Positions 1-8,619 of a stretch of 47,539 nucleotides of DNA are shown here, piece after piece. The first letter of the stretch is position 1; each line of letters opens with the position of its first letter. The notes under the pieces are model-generated. The model was not told the origin of the DNA. It was given only the letters and a program-made list of their open reading frames with translations, and ran no database searches. The stretch is from a virus (taxonomy: Duplodnaviria; Caudoviricetes): IMG/VR virus record IMGVR_UViG_3300003860_000008, positions 1 to 47,539 of that record, one strand, 5' to 3'. The translations under genes and the position numbers were made by a program.

Positions 1-1396
1 AATAGATTCTCTTGGTGGATTTGTTGCTGGAAGTGCTATTGGTGATATGGTTTTGAAGTTTATGACTTACAGAGGATTAGCATACAATGTTGGTTCAGCA
101 TTCTCGAATTTAGGATTTGGAATTATTTCAAATATTATTCAATCTTCAGATGGTCGTAACTTTACTCAACCGCAAATGAGAAAAGCATACTTACTTAGTA
201 TTAATTCTATTGGTAAAAATCTAACTCTTGGTAAATGGGAAGGTCTTGATCAAAATGCTTTGAAGATTCGTACTTTAATGGATAAGTGGGATTTACTTAA
301 AACTTCCAATAATGAAATGTACGAAACATCTACTAAATCAACTGTTAAGAAAGGATTGGGTAGATTTGGTCCAATGAGTTTACAAGAACGTACAGAGTAC
401 TTGAATTATGCTCCTGTAATGATTGCTACAATGATGAATCTTAAACAAGCAAAAGATTCTGAAGGAAATGAAGTTAGTATGTGGGATGCAATGGATGTTA
501 ATGGTCAATTGAAAGAAGGATTTACTTCTGAATTTGATGAGGTAAAAACTATTCTTAAAATTAGAAGAATTATCCAATTAGCACATGGAGATTATTCTAG
601 TTCCTTACAGGTAAAAGAAACAATAACTGGTAGAGCACTTTCTCAATTCCGTACTTGGATGTTTGAGGGATTTGCTGATAGATTTAGAGAAGAAAAGAAA
701 GATGAAATATTGAGTTATGGTAACGATGAAGCTTATATGAACAAAGGTCGTTACAGAAGTTATACTAAAGGTCAATTAACAACTGCAGGTGCAACATTAG
801 GAACTACGATATTGCCTGGAATTGGAACAGCACTGGGAGCTGGAGCAGGTTTTCTGGTAGGTAAATTTTTTGGAATGCAGACAGAGCAATCAGGGTTATC
901 TGATACTCTATTTACATTGAAACAATTAGCTAGAAAATTAGCATTCAAGAAAACTCAATTTGATGAAAGAGGATTCAGTAAAGTTGATTCAGCAAATATG
1001 CGTAAGAATATGACTGAATTGTACATTTTAATGGGTGTAGCTGGTGTTGCTTTAATGATTACTGCTATGGGTGGAGATGATGATGAAGAGAAAGCTCCAG
1101 CAGCTAATTTCCTTCTAAATCAAATGTCAAGAATGCATACTGATATTGCTTTCTACTCAAATCCATTAGAATTTGAAAAACTTACTAAATCATCAGTTCC
1201 AATTATGTCATTGATTACTGATAGTAAAGATTGGTTTGTAGATGTTTCTAAGTTGTATGATGAGGATTCTGAAAATGATGTATTCCAATCAGGACCATTC
1301 AAAGGAATGAGTAAATTAATGATTCAATCTGGTGAAGTACTTCCTGGGTCTGCTCAAGTAATTAAAACTATTAGAAGTTCATCACAAATTTATTAA
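1..1396 (+). CDS. C-terminal part of a giant virion (cargo/ejection-type) protein, 5'-truncated by the window
   Basis: Frame is open from position 2, upstream of the ORF-track start at 47. Gly-rich and hydrophobic segments (GATLGTTILPGIGTALGAGAGFLVG; LYILMGVAGVALMITAMG). Convergent with the replication block, as for the last giant gene in crAss-like genomes. Confidence 0.6.
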   Translation, partial: IDSLGGFVAGSAIGDMVLKFMTYRGLAYNVGSAFSNLGFGIISNIIQSSDGRNFTQPQMRKAYLLSINSIGKNLTLGKWEGLDQNALKIRTLMDKWDLLKTSNNEMYETSTKSTVKKGLGRFGPMSLQERTEYLNYAPVMIATMMNLKQAKDSEGNEVSMWDAMDVNGQLKEGFTSEFDEVKTILKIRRIIQLAHGDYSSSLQVKETITGRALSQFRTWMFEGFADRFREEKKDEILSYGNDEAYMNKGRYRSYTKGQLTTAGATLGTTILPGIGTALGAGAGFLVGKFFGMQTEQSGLSDTLFTLKQLARKLAFKKTQFDERGFSKVDSANMRKNMTELYILMGVAGVALMITAMGGDDDEEKAPAANFLLNQMSRMHTDIAFYSNPLEFEKLTKSSVPIMSLITDSKDWFVDVSKLYDEDSENDVFQSGPFKGMSKLMIQSGEVLPGSAQVIKTIRSSSQIY

Positions 1397-1417
1397 TTTG
1401 GGTAGAATAAAAAATAG

Positions 1418-1447
1418 AAATGCCAGTAATTAAGTTTACTGGCATTT
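1418..1447. terminator. Bidirectional intrinsic terminator between convergent modules
   Basis: AAATGCCAGTAA / TTACTGGCATTT 12-bp inverted repeat flanked by A and T runs. Confidence 0.8.
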
Positions 1448-1466
1448 TTCTTAAATAATAAATTTC

Positions 1467-1664
1467 TTATTTAAATAATTCTGGTTGTCTTTCTTTTAAT
1501 ATATAATATGCATCATACACATCTTTAGATACGTGTGAAAATTCATGTAATATTAATGATGTAAATTTATAACCACGTAAATCATTTTCACATTTTATTA
1601 TTTTAAAATTTTTAATAGGTGAAAGTATTAAAAATTTCGGGTAAGCTGTGAATACTGCTATCAT
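1467..1664 (-). CDS. Hypothetical protein
   Basis: 65-aa ORF co-oriented with the operon. Confidence 0.4.
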   Translation of the reverse strand: MIAVFTAYPKFLILSPIKNFKIIKCENDLRGYKFTSLILHEFSHVSKDVYDAYYILKERQPELFK

Positions 1665-1674
1665 AATTCAATAT

Positions 1675-1824
1675 TCATTCTTCATCATTACCTACTGTAA
1701 TTTCAACTTGAGTTCCATCAATAGTCCATTCAAAAACTTTCTTTTGTTTATCTCTATTATTTCCTAATGAATCAAACAATTCTTGAATATCTTCTTCTGT
1801 GAAGTTTATTTTTATCTTTTTCAT
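1675..1824 (-). CDS. Small hypothetical protein (49 aa, not in ORF track)
   Basis: MKKIKINFTEEDIQELFDS...; ATG overlaps the upstream gene's stop (ATGA). Confidence 0.55.
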   Translation of the reverse strand: MKKIKINFTEEDIQELFDSLGNNRDKQKKVFEWTIDGTQVEITVGNDEE

Positions 1825-2342
1825 GCACTGAATATTTTAATTAACATTGTCAAATATTGTATTGTGAAATCAGGTTCAGAAATCATAACAGTATAATTCT
1901 TAAAATCTTTGAAATCATTTTTATCTGCTTCCATTCTTCTAGTTATAGAATCACTATTATCATTTCTATTTTCTAACCGTTCTTTTCTAATTTCTTCATT
2001 GATATTGAAATAGAAAATAATACAATCTTTTAAATCTTCCTCTTTGATATGACTTATTCCAGTTGGAGTCATTATAAATACAGAATTTTCTTGAAAGAAT
2101 TGTTCATTACTTGTTCCATAATACCAACCATTGAACTGAACATATTCATACATTTTACCACTAGAAATCATTACATTGAATAATTCTTCAGAAATAAAAT
2201 GATAGTCTACACCATCAACCTCTCCTATTCGAGGAGGTCGAGTGGTATATCCAATTTGGTAAACGAAACCTTTTTTCTGAAGTTCTTTTCTAGCGTGATC
2301 TTTTCCCGAAGCAGCACAACCAACTAATATAATTCTATTCAT
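1821..2342 (-). CDS. gmk: Guanylate kinase-like (d)NMP kinase
   Basis: P-loop GCAASGKD; signature YTTRPPRIGEVDGVDYHF; YVQFNGWYYGT. Confidence 0.9.
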   Translation of the reverse strand: MNRIILVGCAASGKDHARKELQKKGFVYQIGYTTRPPRIGEVDGVDYHFISEELFNVMISSGKMYEYVQFNGWYYGTSNEQFFQENSVFIMTPTGISHIKEEDLKDCIIFYFNINEEIRKERLENRNDNSDSITRRMEADKNDFKDFKNYTVMISEPDFTIQYLTMLIKIFSA

Positions 2343-3210
2343 GTTTATTCAATCTTAATTCAATTTTATTTTCTCCACGTAATGTTTTACGGTATTGAGT
2401 AAAACCATAGAAATTACCAGATTGAGCTGAATGACTTTCTGCTATTGCACAATGTTCCAGAGGTGACATGTGACCCATTGATAATAACATATCATGAAGT
2501 TTAATATCTGCTTCATAATCATCTTTCCCTTCAAAGTTATTATAAGAAACTCTTGCACATCTTGCAGTAGCAATCTTAATTTTCAATAAAGGCATATTGT
2601 TGTATACATCAGGATTTGAATTTATTAATTCAATTACTCTTGTATCATCAATTTTATCACCAAATGGAATATGCCATTCACCAGGTTGTAATAACTTAGG
2701 AGTTGAATTATTCATTTCTTCAAGCATTTTATAAGCAACATCTGCAATGTGAATCTCAGCTGCATCATGTGCTCTTAATGCAAGGAAATTCTCCCACTCA
2801 CTAGCCGTTGCTATGATTTTATGCATCATAAATGGTTCAAGTAATCTGTTGCAAAGTTGTTTTGTAACCCCAAATTGTGATAACTGAATTGCAGAATCAA
2901 CTGCTTTATGAGCTGCATGTAACCAATGATTAACGCATTCATTGTGCTCATCATCTTCAAAATATTCAGTTCCTTGCATACCAGAATGATCTTTCTGAAA
3001 TCTCATTGGAATGAATGGATTTGTTTGAACCATCTCCAACATCTTTGCAAATGGAATAGCTCTACTACTCGCTGAATTACGACTCACAGCTCTATGGGTA
3101 TTAAATTCACTTAAAACGATTCTAGGTATAACTAAAATAAAACTTGTTATTCTATTTCCTAATATATTAATACTATCTGCAATTATTTCTGCACTAATTT
3201 GATTACTCAT
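2335..3210 (-). CDS. thyX: FAD-dependent thymidylate synthase (Thy1/ThyX)
   Basis: EFNTHRAVSRNSASSRAIP motif; C-terminal ARCARVSY and GHMSPLEH. Confidence 0.88.
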   Translation of the reverse strand: MSNQISAEIIADSINILGNRITSFILVIPRIVLSEFNTHRAVSRNSASSRAIPFAKMLEMVQTNPFIPMRFQKDHSGMQGTEYFEDDEHNECVNHWLHAAHKAVDSAIQLSQFGVTKQLCNRLLEPFMMHKIIATASEWENFLALRAHDAAEIHIADVAYKMLEEMNNSTPKLLQPGEWHIPFGDKIDDTRVIELINSNPDVYNNMPLLKIKIATARCARVSYNNFEGKDDYEADIKLHDMLLSMGHMSPLEHCAIAESHSAQSGNFYGFTQYRKTLRGENKIELRLNKHE

Positions 3211-3215
3211 ATTTT

Positions 3216-3596
3216 CTATTGGAATAAAGTTGATAATTCTACTTTTTTAAAACCATTAGGTTTCAATATTTTGCCGTCTTCTCTAAGAATCGGTTTTCCA
3301 TCTGGTCCAAGTTTATTCATATTATTGGCATGAACTAAATTGAATGCTGGAATAATCATATCTTGAAAACCATGTTTAATAATTGTACCTAATAGAATAT
3401 ATAGTTGATCAGTTAATGCATCAAGTATTTCTATTTTATCGTCATCTAAACAAGCATCAAGATACTCACCAAGTTCTTCTTTACCTAAAATATAACGAAG
3501 ATTTGATTCTTCTATTGATAATAATGTAGGTTCTGTTGCGAACTCTTGTTTGAACTTCGTATGAAATTCGATAATCTGAGAAATTTGTTTTTCCAT
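3216..3596 (-). CDS. MazG-like all-alpha NTP pyrophosphohydrolase (dUTPase-like)
   Basis: EELGEY...EILDALTD motif; VHANNMNK; REDGKILKP. Confidence 0.85.
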   Translation of the reverse strand: MEKQISQIIEFHTKFKQEFATEPTLLSIEESNLRYILGKEELGEYLDACLDDDKIEILDALTDQLYILLGTIIKHGFQDMIIPAFNLVHANNMNKLGPDGKPILREDGKILKPNGFKKVELSTLFQ

Positions 3597-3771
3597 GTTT
3601 ATTTATTTATTTATTTAATCAAATTCATTATTAACTTTGATAATGAAACTACTTATTATTTCTTTATTGATACTTCTAACAATATGTTTACTTTTTATTA
3701 AACCTCTAAAAGGTAAAATACCTTTGTGGAATATATAATATCTGTAAAAATTTCTATAATTGTTCATATTT

Positions 3772-3963
3772 TTATTCTAAATTCATTAAATCTTTTGCTA
3801 CTGAAACATTGAAAGTTTCTTCAAACCAATGCCAAATTTCATACATATCTATACCTATTTCAAAATCTAAGAATGGCTCATCTATTTCTTCTTTATCATT
3901 TACAGGAATATCACCTAATTCTTCCCATAATTCTTTGGCTTTTTCTAATGATTTATTAATCAT
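3772..3963 (-). CDS. Hypothetical phage protein
   Basis: Probable start ATG at 3963 overlapping the ligase end; LWEELGDIPV...EIWHWFEETF. Confidence 0.65.
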   Translation of the reverse strand: MINKSLEKAKELWEELGDIPVNDKEEIDEPFLDFEIGIDMYEIWHWFEETFNVSVAKDLMNLE

Positions 3964-5110
3964 GTCTATCAATTTGTTTACAAACAGGTATATATAACAT
4001 ATCATCCTTAGTAAGTCTAAAATATTTAACTGTTGCTAGTTTTCCAATATATTTTTCTTTATTTTCAAATCTTTCTTGATTTATTTCAAAACTTCCATCA
4101 ATACCACAACCGCAATGTTTACCATTGGGTAATAATACGATTACTTTTTTCGCTTTTCCTTTCCAAGCTCCTTCTCCTTCAATAATATCTACAATTGGAA
4201 ATTCAGCATCAATGAAGTTCTTACGTTTTAATAATTCTTTGGATCTTCCATCTACCTTGTAAGCAGAATTAGGAATACGTATCATCAATCCTTCATAACC
4301 ATTCTCTAATGCAAGTTCTTCCATTCTATCTAATGTTTCTCTATCTTTACACAGCATATCTGGAACAAATTTAATCTTATCAAATTCGAAAGATGTAAAT
4401 AACTTACTAAGTTTAGTAGATCGTTCGTTATAAGACAAATCAGGATAATCTTTATCATAAATATCGTAAATATGATATTCTAATTTCTCACTAGATTCCA
4501 CTAAATCATCTTCTGTAGGTTTAGATTTTCTACATAAAGACATTAGTTTTTCAAATTCATGTTTCAAATCGTGATTGTAAATTTCTCCATCGAATACAAT
4601 ATTCTTATGCTTTTCGCAAATAGAAATAAGTTCATGGAGAATGTGCGGACATGAAAGATATTCTTTACCTGTTCTGCTGACAATTGCGACCTTGTTTTCC
4701 TTTTCTGACCAATATATATTACATCTTGCTCCATCGAGCTTAGGTTGAGAGTAAACAGGGTATTCTAAGGTCTTTTCATAATCTTTGAATTTATGAGCTA
4801 ACATTGGTAGAAAGATTTTTTGTGTTTGTGCTTCTTGTACAGAATAAAAGTAATTACTTTTCAGTTTTTTACTTACTTCTTGTCTGACCATTTCATGAGC
4901 ATAATCTTCTGCTGACATGTAATTTGATCTTCCGATATTCATTTCTTTACTTGCTTTGAATACTGGATTTTTCATCTTCCCGTCTTGTAATCCATCTTGA
5001 GTGTATATTCCAGAAGCACTTAATAATGTTTCTGAATCTGCATCAAAGGAAACATAACATTGCCAAACTCGGACTCTATTTGATGAGTCAATCGAATATA
5101 ATCGTACCAT
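3956..5110 (-). CDS. lig: ATP-dependent DNA ligase
   Basis: Motif I QPKLDGAR, motif III FDGEIY, YHIYD, motif IV YEGLMIR, LLKRK, C-terminal OB-fold. Confidence 0.93.
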   Translation of the reverse strand: MVRLYSIDSSNRVRVWQCYVSFDADSETLLSASGIYTQDGLQDGKMKNPVFKASKEMNIGRSNYMSAEDYAHEMVRQEVSKKLKSNYFYSVQEAQTQKIFLPMLAHKFKDYEKTLEYPVYSQPKLDGARCNIYWSEKENKVAIVSRTGKEYLSCPHILHELISICEKHKNIVFDGEIYNHDLKHEFEKLMSLCRKSKPTEDDLVESSEKLEYHIYDIYDKDYPDLSYNERSTKLSKLFTSFEFDKIKFVPDMLCKDRETLDRMEELALENGYEGLMIRIPNSAYKVDGRSKELLKRKNFIDAEFPIVDIIEGEGAWKGKAKKVIVLLPNGKHCGCGIDGSFEINQERFENKEKYIGKLATVKYFRLTKDDMLYIPVCKQIDRHD

Positions 5111-5265
5111 ATTTTATTTTTTAATAATTTTTAATGCTATTTCTAAACCTTCGATTTTAGCTTCTGTTAAAAATACTTCTTGTGATGTTACCATAATCAT
5201 AGTACTATCATTTAATTCAGATATTTTATTTTCTATTTCTTCAATTATTTCGTAAATCATAATTT

Positions 5266-5514
5266 TTAAATCTCAATGTAACTTACTCCTTCTTTTTTTA
5301 ATTTTTCAATTATCTTTAAATCACTTTCTAACATTTCAATATTTTCTTCTAGTAATGTAATAACTGAATCAATTTCATATTGTGCTGTGTCATTACCATT
5401 TAATCCTAACTCAACAGCATTTGATACCATTGATGGTGGAATAGAAGATCTAATCAATATTTTAGAAATTGTTGATAATCCGAATGGTTGATACTCGATT
5501 AATAGTCTACTCAT
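5266..5514 (-). CDS. Hypothetical protein
   Basis: ORF; likely start MSRLLIE at 5514. Confidence 0.6.
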   Translation of the reverse strand: MSRLLIEYQPFGLSTISKILIRSSIPPSMVSNAVELGLNGNDTAQYEIDSVITLLEENIEMLESDLKIIEKLKKEGVSYIEI

Positions 5515-5519
5515 AATTT

Positions 5520-5738
5520 TTAATTTAATAATTTTTGATTTGAAAATATTATAGTTGATATTTTCAATGTACATAAATTACTGTTATATTTTTCAATAGT
5601 AATGTAATCACTGAATTTTACAAGATATGGTAGTTTTACAATAATTCCGTTTACACATACATCAACATTTTTACTATTTATTGTAACTTTAGTTAAAATT
5701 TCTTGAAAATAGTATGTCCATCTTGCAACCCTTCTCAT
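5520..5738 (-). CDS. Hypothetical protein
   Basis: ORF tightly packed in operon. Confidence 0.5.
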   Translation of the reverse strand: MRRVARWTYYFQEILTKVTINSKNVDVCVNGIIVKLPYLVKFSDYITIEKYNSNLCTLKISTIIFSNQKLLN

Positions 5739-6001
5739 AATATTAATTTATCTAATTTATACTTCATGCTTTTCCAACTTGATTTTAAAGCACTTGATTC
5801 TTTTGTTGATAATATTGAAATATCAGTTACCATATTAAAACTTGTATTATTACGATCATTATTCCATTTCACATGTTCATTACGTTGTTCTAAAAGAACA
5901 TTAGCTTTTTCTTTAGCATCTTTTAAAATAGATTGAAATCTGATTATCTCAGATTCAACCTCTTTCATTGTTTCTAGTGTATTAGTATTATGATAATTCA
6001 T
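5735..6001 (-). CDS. Hypothetical protein
   Basis: ORF overlapping neighbours. Confidence 0.55.
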   Translation of the reverse strand: MNYHNTNTLETMKEVESEIIRFQSILKDAKEKANVLLEQRNEHVKWNNDRNNTSFNMVTDISILSTKESSALKSSWKSMKYKLDKLIL

Positions 6002-6362
6002 CTTTTTTAATTTTAATTTTATGTTTTAATTCTACTACTTTAACTCTATCTAAATCAACATCTTTTCTCAATAATTCTTTAATTGATAATAAAGCAATTG
6101 GATTTTTACAATCAGCAATCGCTTTAGCAATATCTGAAATACTTTGCATTAATTGCATTGATATTAACTCATTTGTTTGCCAAAGTTTAGCAATATCTTG
6201 ATTACACTCATTAGTCAATGCAATCAAGCATTGATTTATCGGAGCTTTTAGTTTTCCTCGATAAGCGGAAGTGTGTTTCAAATCTTCTAATGCATGCTTT
6301 GTTACTTGAGCAGCCATTAGAAAGGTTATTCTTGATAATGTTTCTTCTGAAATTTCGTTCAT
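5988..6362 (-). CDS. Hypothetical protein
   Basis: 124-aa ORF. Confidence 0.65.
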   Translation of the reverse strand: MNEISEETLSRITFLMAAQVTKHALEDLKHTSAYRGKLKAPINQCLIALTNECNQDIAKLWQTNELISMQLMQSISDIAKAIADCKNPIALLSIKELLRKDVDLDRVKVVELKHKIKIKKDELS

Positions 6363-6753
6363 AGTTTCTATAAAATGTTAGTTCGTTTTCTGGAATATCT
6401 GTAAATTTTAAATTTAACAATTCATCTAATAAATTATGATGACCAAATTCATCTTCATAATAAGGAGAATCTTTAAATCCTAAAGCAACAGGTTTGTCAT
6501 TCAATTTCTTAGTAATAGTATCTAATATTACTTTTTGTCGAGGAGTTGTCCCATTAAGTTTTCGTTGTTTAGTACATTTCCAAGATTGTTTATTATTACA
6601 AGATTTACACTTTAAATTATAATATTTATATGGTGTTTTCACACGCTTTAAATATGTATGTTTAATATGAAAATAAAAATCAGATAATGGTAATTTTTTA
6701 CAACAACTTTTACATACTTTTTTTTCACCATTTAATACAATTTTCTGCCCCAT
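6211..6753 (-). CDS. Basic protein with N-terminal Cys4 zinc ribbon
   Basis: KVCKSC...LPLSDFY...CKSC; 3' end overlaps the next gene by about 150 nt. Confidence 0.5.
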   Translation of the reverse strand: MGQKIVLNGEKKVCKSCCKKLPLSDFYFHIKHTYLKRVKTPYKYYNLKCKSCNNKQSWKCTKQRKLNGTTPRQKVILDTITKKLNDKPVALGFKDSPYYEDEFGHHNLLDELLNLKFTDIPENELTFYRNYERNFRRNIIKNNLSNGCSSNKACIRRFETHFRLSRKTKSSDKSMLDCID

Positions 6754-7405
6754 ATTTAGATTCTATTAAATTATTAATTTGTTTAAAAGAATATTTGCGT
6801 ACATCATTGACAAAACTATCAGTATCTTCAGTGATATTAGTAAATAGAATATCATGATTGTTCGATATTAAAGGCATAAATTGTAAGCCTTGTTTTCCTA
6901 GAAATAGAAAAATTGTACCAGGAGCAGTATCATTAATATTTCTAATGGCTGACGTTATGAACTTATTCCATTGTTTAGTATGATTTAAACTTTCATCTTT
7001 TCGAATAGTATTTGATAAGTTTAACATAAGGATTCCCTGAGTTGCCCATGATTCTAAAGTTGTATCGAAATCTATTTGTAATCCATAATCTTTTTCAATA
7101 CTATTTCTCATATTATAAAGATCATCTGATAGAAAAGTATTTGTAGATGTGGATCCACAAAGTAATCCTGATGATTGAGTTATAATAGGACTTGGTCCTA
7201 TTATAACTATTTTCAATGATTCAAAAGGACAAAGTTTAAATGATTTAAATACATTTTCTTTAACTGGTATTATGTCATGAATTGAATATTCCATCTTTAA
7301 GAAAGTCATCAATCTAGTCATGTATTCAGAACGAAGTGTATCTTTTAGAATACGAGTCCATCCTATTCCAATTTGATTTTCCCAAAAAGCTTTTGTTAAA
7401 TTCAT
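6725..7405 (-). CDS. ung: Family-1 uracil-DNA glycosylase homolog with degenerate catalytic motifs
   Basis: VFKSFKLCPFESLKIVIIG, LESWATQGILMLN, FKQIN..L...IKW match Ung. GQDPY reads GPSPI and HPSP is absent. Confidence 0.8.
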   Translation of the reverse strand: MNLTKAFWENQIGIGWTRILKDTLRSEYMTRLMTFLKMEYSIHDIIPVKENVFKSFKLCPFESLKIVIIGPSPIITQSSGLLCGSTSTNTFLSDDLYNMRNSIEKDYGLQIDFDTTLESWATQGILMLNLSNTIRKDESLNHTKQWNKFITSAIRNINDTAPGTIFLFLGKQGLQFMPLISNNHDILFTNITEDTDSFVNDVRKYSFKQINNLIESKYGAENCIKW

Positions 7406-7929
7406 AAGTATTTGTTTATAACATTATTATTTTTCTCGAAGTCACATCGAACTTGATATGCTTCAATTTCTGCATTAAAATGACCAAGATTTATAGTATT
7501 AGTATTAATTGTTATGCGAGATTTCCATTTTTTTCTCAACTTACACCAAGTAACCCCAATGTATTTAGAACTTGTTTTAGTTTTATCTTGTTTATGACAA
7601 TTATTTTCTATACTGGTGACCCATTCAAGATTTAAATGAAAATTATTTAAAGGATTTCCATCTTTATGGTTTACGAATGGTAAATTGAAAGGATTTGGAA
7701 TGTATTGAGCAACTAATCTATGTACAGCAAGTGTTTTAGTAGTATCATTGTTATTTAATTTTACACTATAGTATAATATATAATCACGTCCATTTTTACT
7801 TAGTTTTAATATTTTTTCCTTATTACATTTAAAACTCTTTACTCTTCCATAACTACTTATGTCATAATCAGGAAAATTTTTAACTGGTTTCCATATCTCC
7901 AGAAATGGACCATAAACTAATTCTTTCAT
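7402..7929 (-). CDS. NUMOD4-HNH-AP2 homing endonuclease, copy 1
   Basis: EIWKPV...YDISSYGRVKS (NUMOD4); VHRLVA...VNHKDGNPLNN...NLEW (HNH); SKYIGVTW...KW...LGHF..EIEAY (AP2). ATG at 7929. Confidence 0.92.
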   Translation of the reverse strand: MKELVYGPFLEIWKPVKNFPDYDISSYGRVKSFKCNKEKILKLSKNGRDYILYYSVKLNNNDTTKTLAVHRLVAQYIPNPFNLPFVNHKDGNPLNNFHLNLEWVTSIENNCHKQDKTKTSSKYIGVTWCKLRKKWKSRITINTNTINLGHFNAEIEAYQVRCDFEKNNNVINKYL

Positions 7930-8018
7930 AAACAAAAAATCCTATCGGTTTTCGAGGTTGCAGCTCTACTCACCAATAGGAATTATTTAAATTTCGTAAA
8001 TGTGACTGCAACTTCACA
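7930..8018 (-). ncRNA. Structured kissing-loop leader RNA, copy 1
   Basis: Hairpin TGTGA-AGTTGCAG-TCACA and hairpin CCTATTGGT...GAG-CTGCAAC-CTC...ACCGATAGG with complementary loops, then a U-tract; covaries with copies 2 and 3. Confidence 0.8.
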
Positions 8019-8021
8019 ATA

Positions 8022-8029
8022 CAAATATA
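8022..8029 (-). promoter_or_regulatory. Bacteroidota sigma-A -7 element
   Basis: TATATTTG (TAnnTTTG) directly upstream of leader copy 1. Confidence 0.75.
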
Positions 8030-8040
8030 AGAAAAAATTA

Positions 8041-8619
8041 TTAAAAATCTTCAGATGGTTTTAATATAGCGTTACCATTCAACTTAATAGAAGTTAAAGT
8101 TTCTTCTTGTTCAATCATTATTGACCAAACTTCTTGATCTTCAATAGATTTTCCAATCATTTTTTCCCAAGAAGTTTTCAAAGGTTTTGCTTTAGCAAAA
8201 ATCAATGGAATTGTACTGGGTTTAAAATCAAAGAAGAAGTTTTTCAATATTAAATCTTTACCTTTTTCGGAAACTTGTGAATATCTACCTTTTTTAATTA
8301 ATTGATAATCTACCATATTTTCTTCTGGTATTTCAAAAATCATTACCAATGTGCCATTAGAAATATATTCATCAGCGTAATTTGGATGATTATGTAATTC
8401 TTTATAAAAATTATCATAATCTTTATCAATATAACTAGAAATTACAATTGATACATGTTCGTTATACATTGGTTTTTGTTCATTGTAAATATAAGCATTT
8501 ACAAATCTGGTAGATTCAGTAACCTTACCAAAATTGGTAAGGTTAACTTTAAATAATTCTCTAGGAATATTCAATAGAGGAAAAATAAAAGTAGATGTTT
8601 TAGTAAATGTTACTTTCAT
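8041..8619 (-). CDS. Hypothetical replication-module protein
   Basis: ORF; likely start MKVTFTK at 8619 overlapping the upstream stop. Confidence 0.75.
   Translation of the reverse strand: MKVTFTKTSTFIFPLLNIPRELFKVNLTNFGKVTESTRFVNAYIYNEQKPMYNEHVSIVISSYIDKDYDNFYKELHNHPNYADEYISNGTLVMIFEIPEENMVDYQLIKKGRYSQVSEKGKDLILKNFFFDFKPSTIPLIFAKAKPLKTSWEKMIGKSIEDQEVWSIMIEQEETLTSIKLNGNAILKPSEDF

Noticed and set aside
2335-7405. Uracil-substituted genome suggested by the inactive UDG
   Set aside because: ThyX and a dUTPase-like enzyme point to normal thymine DNA
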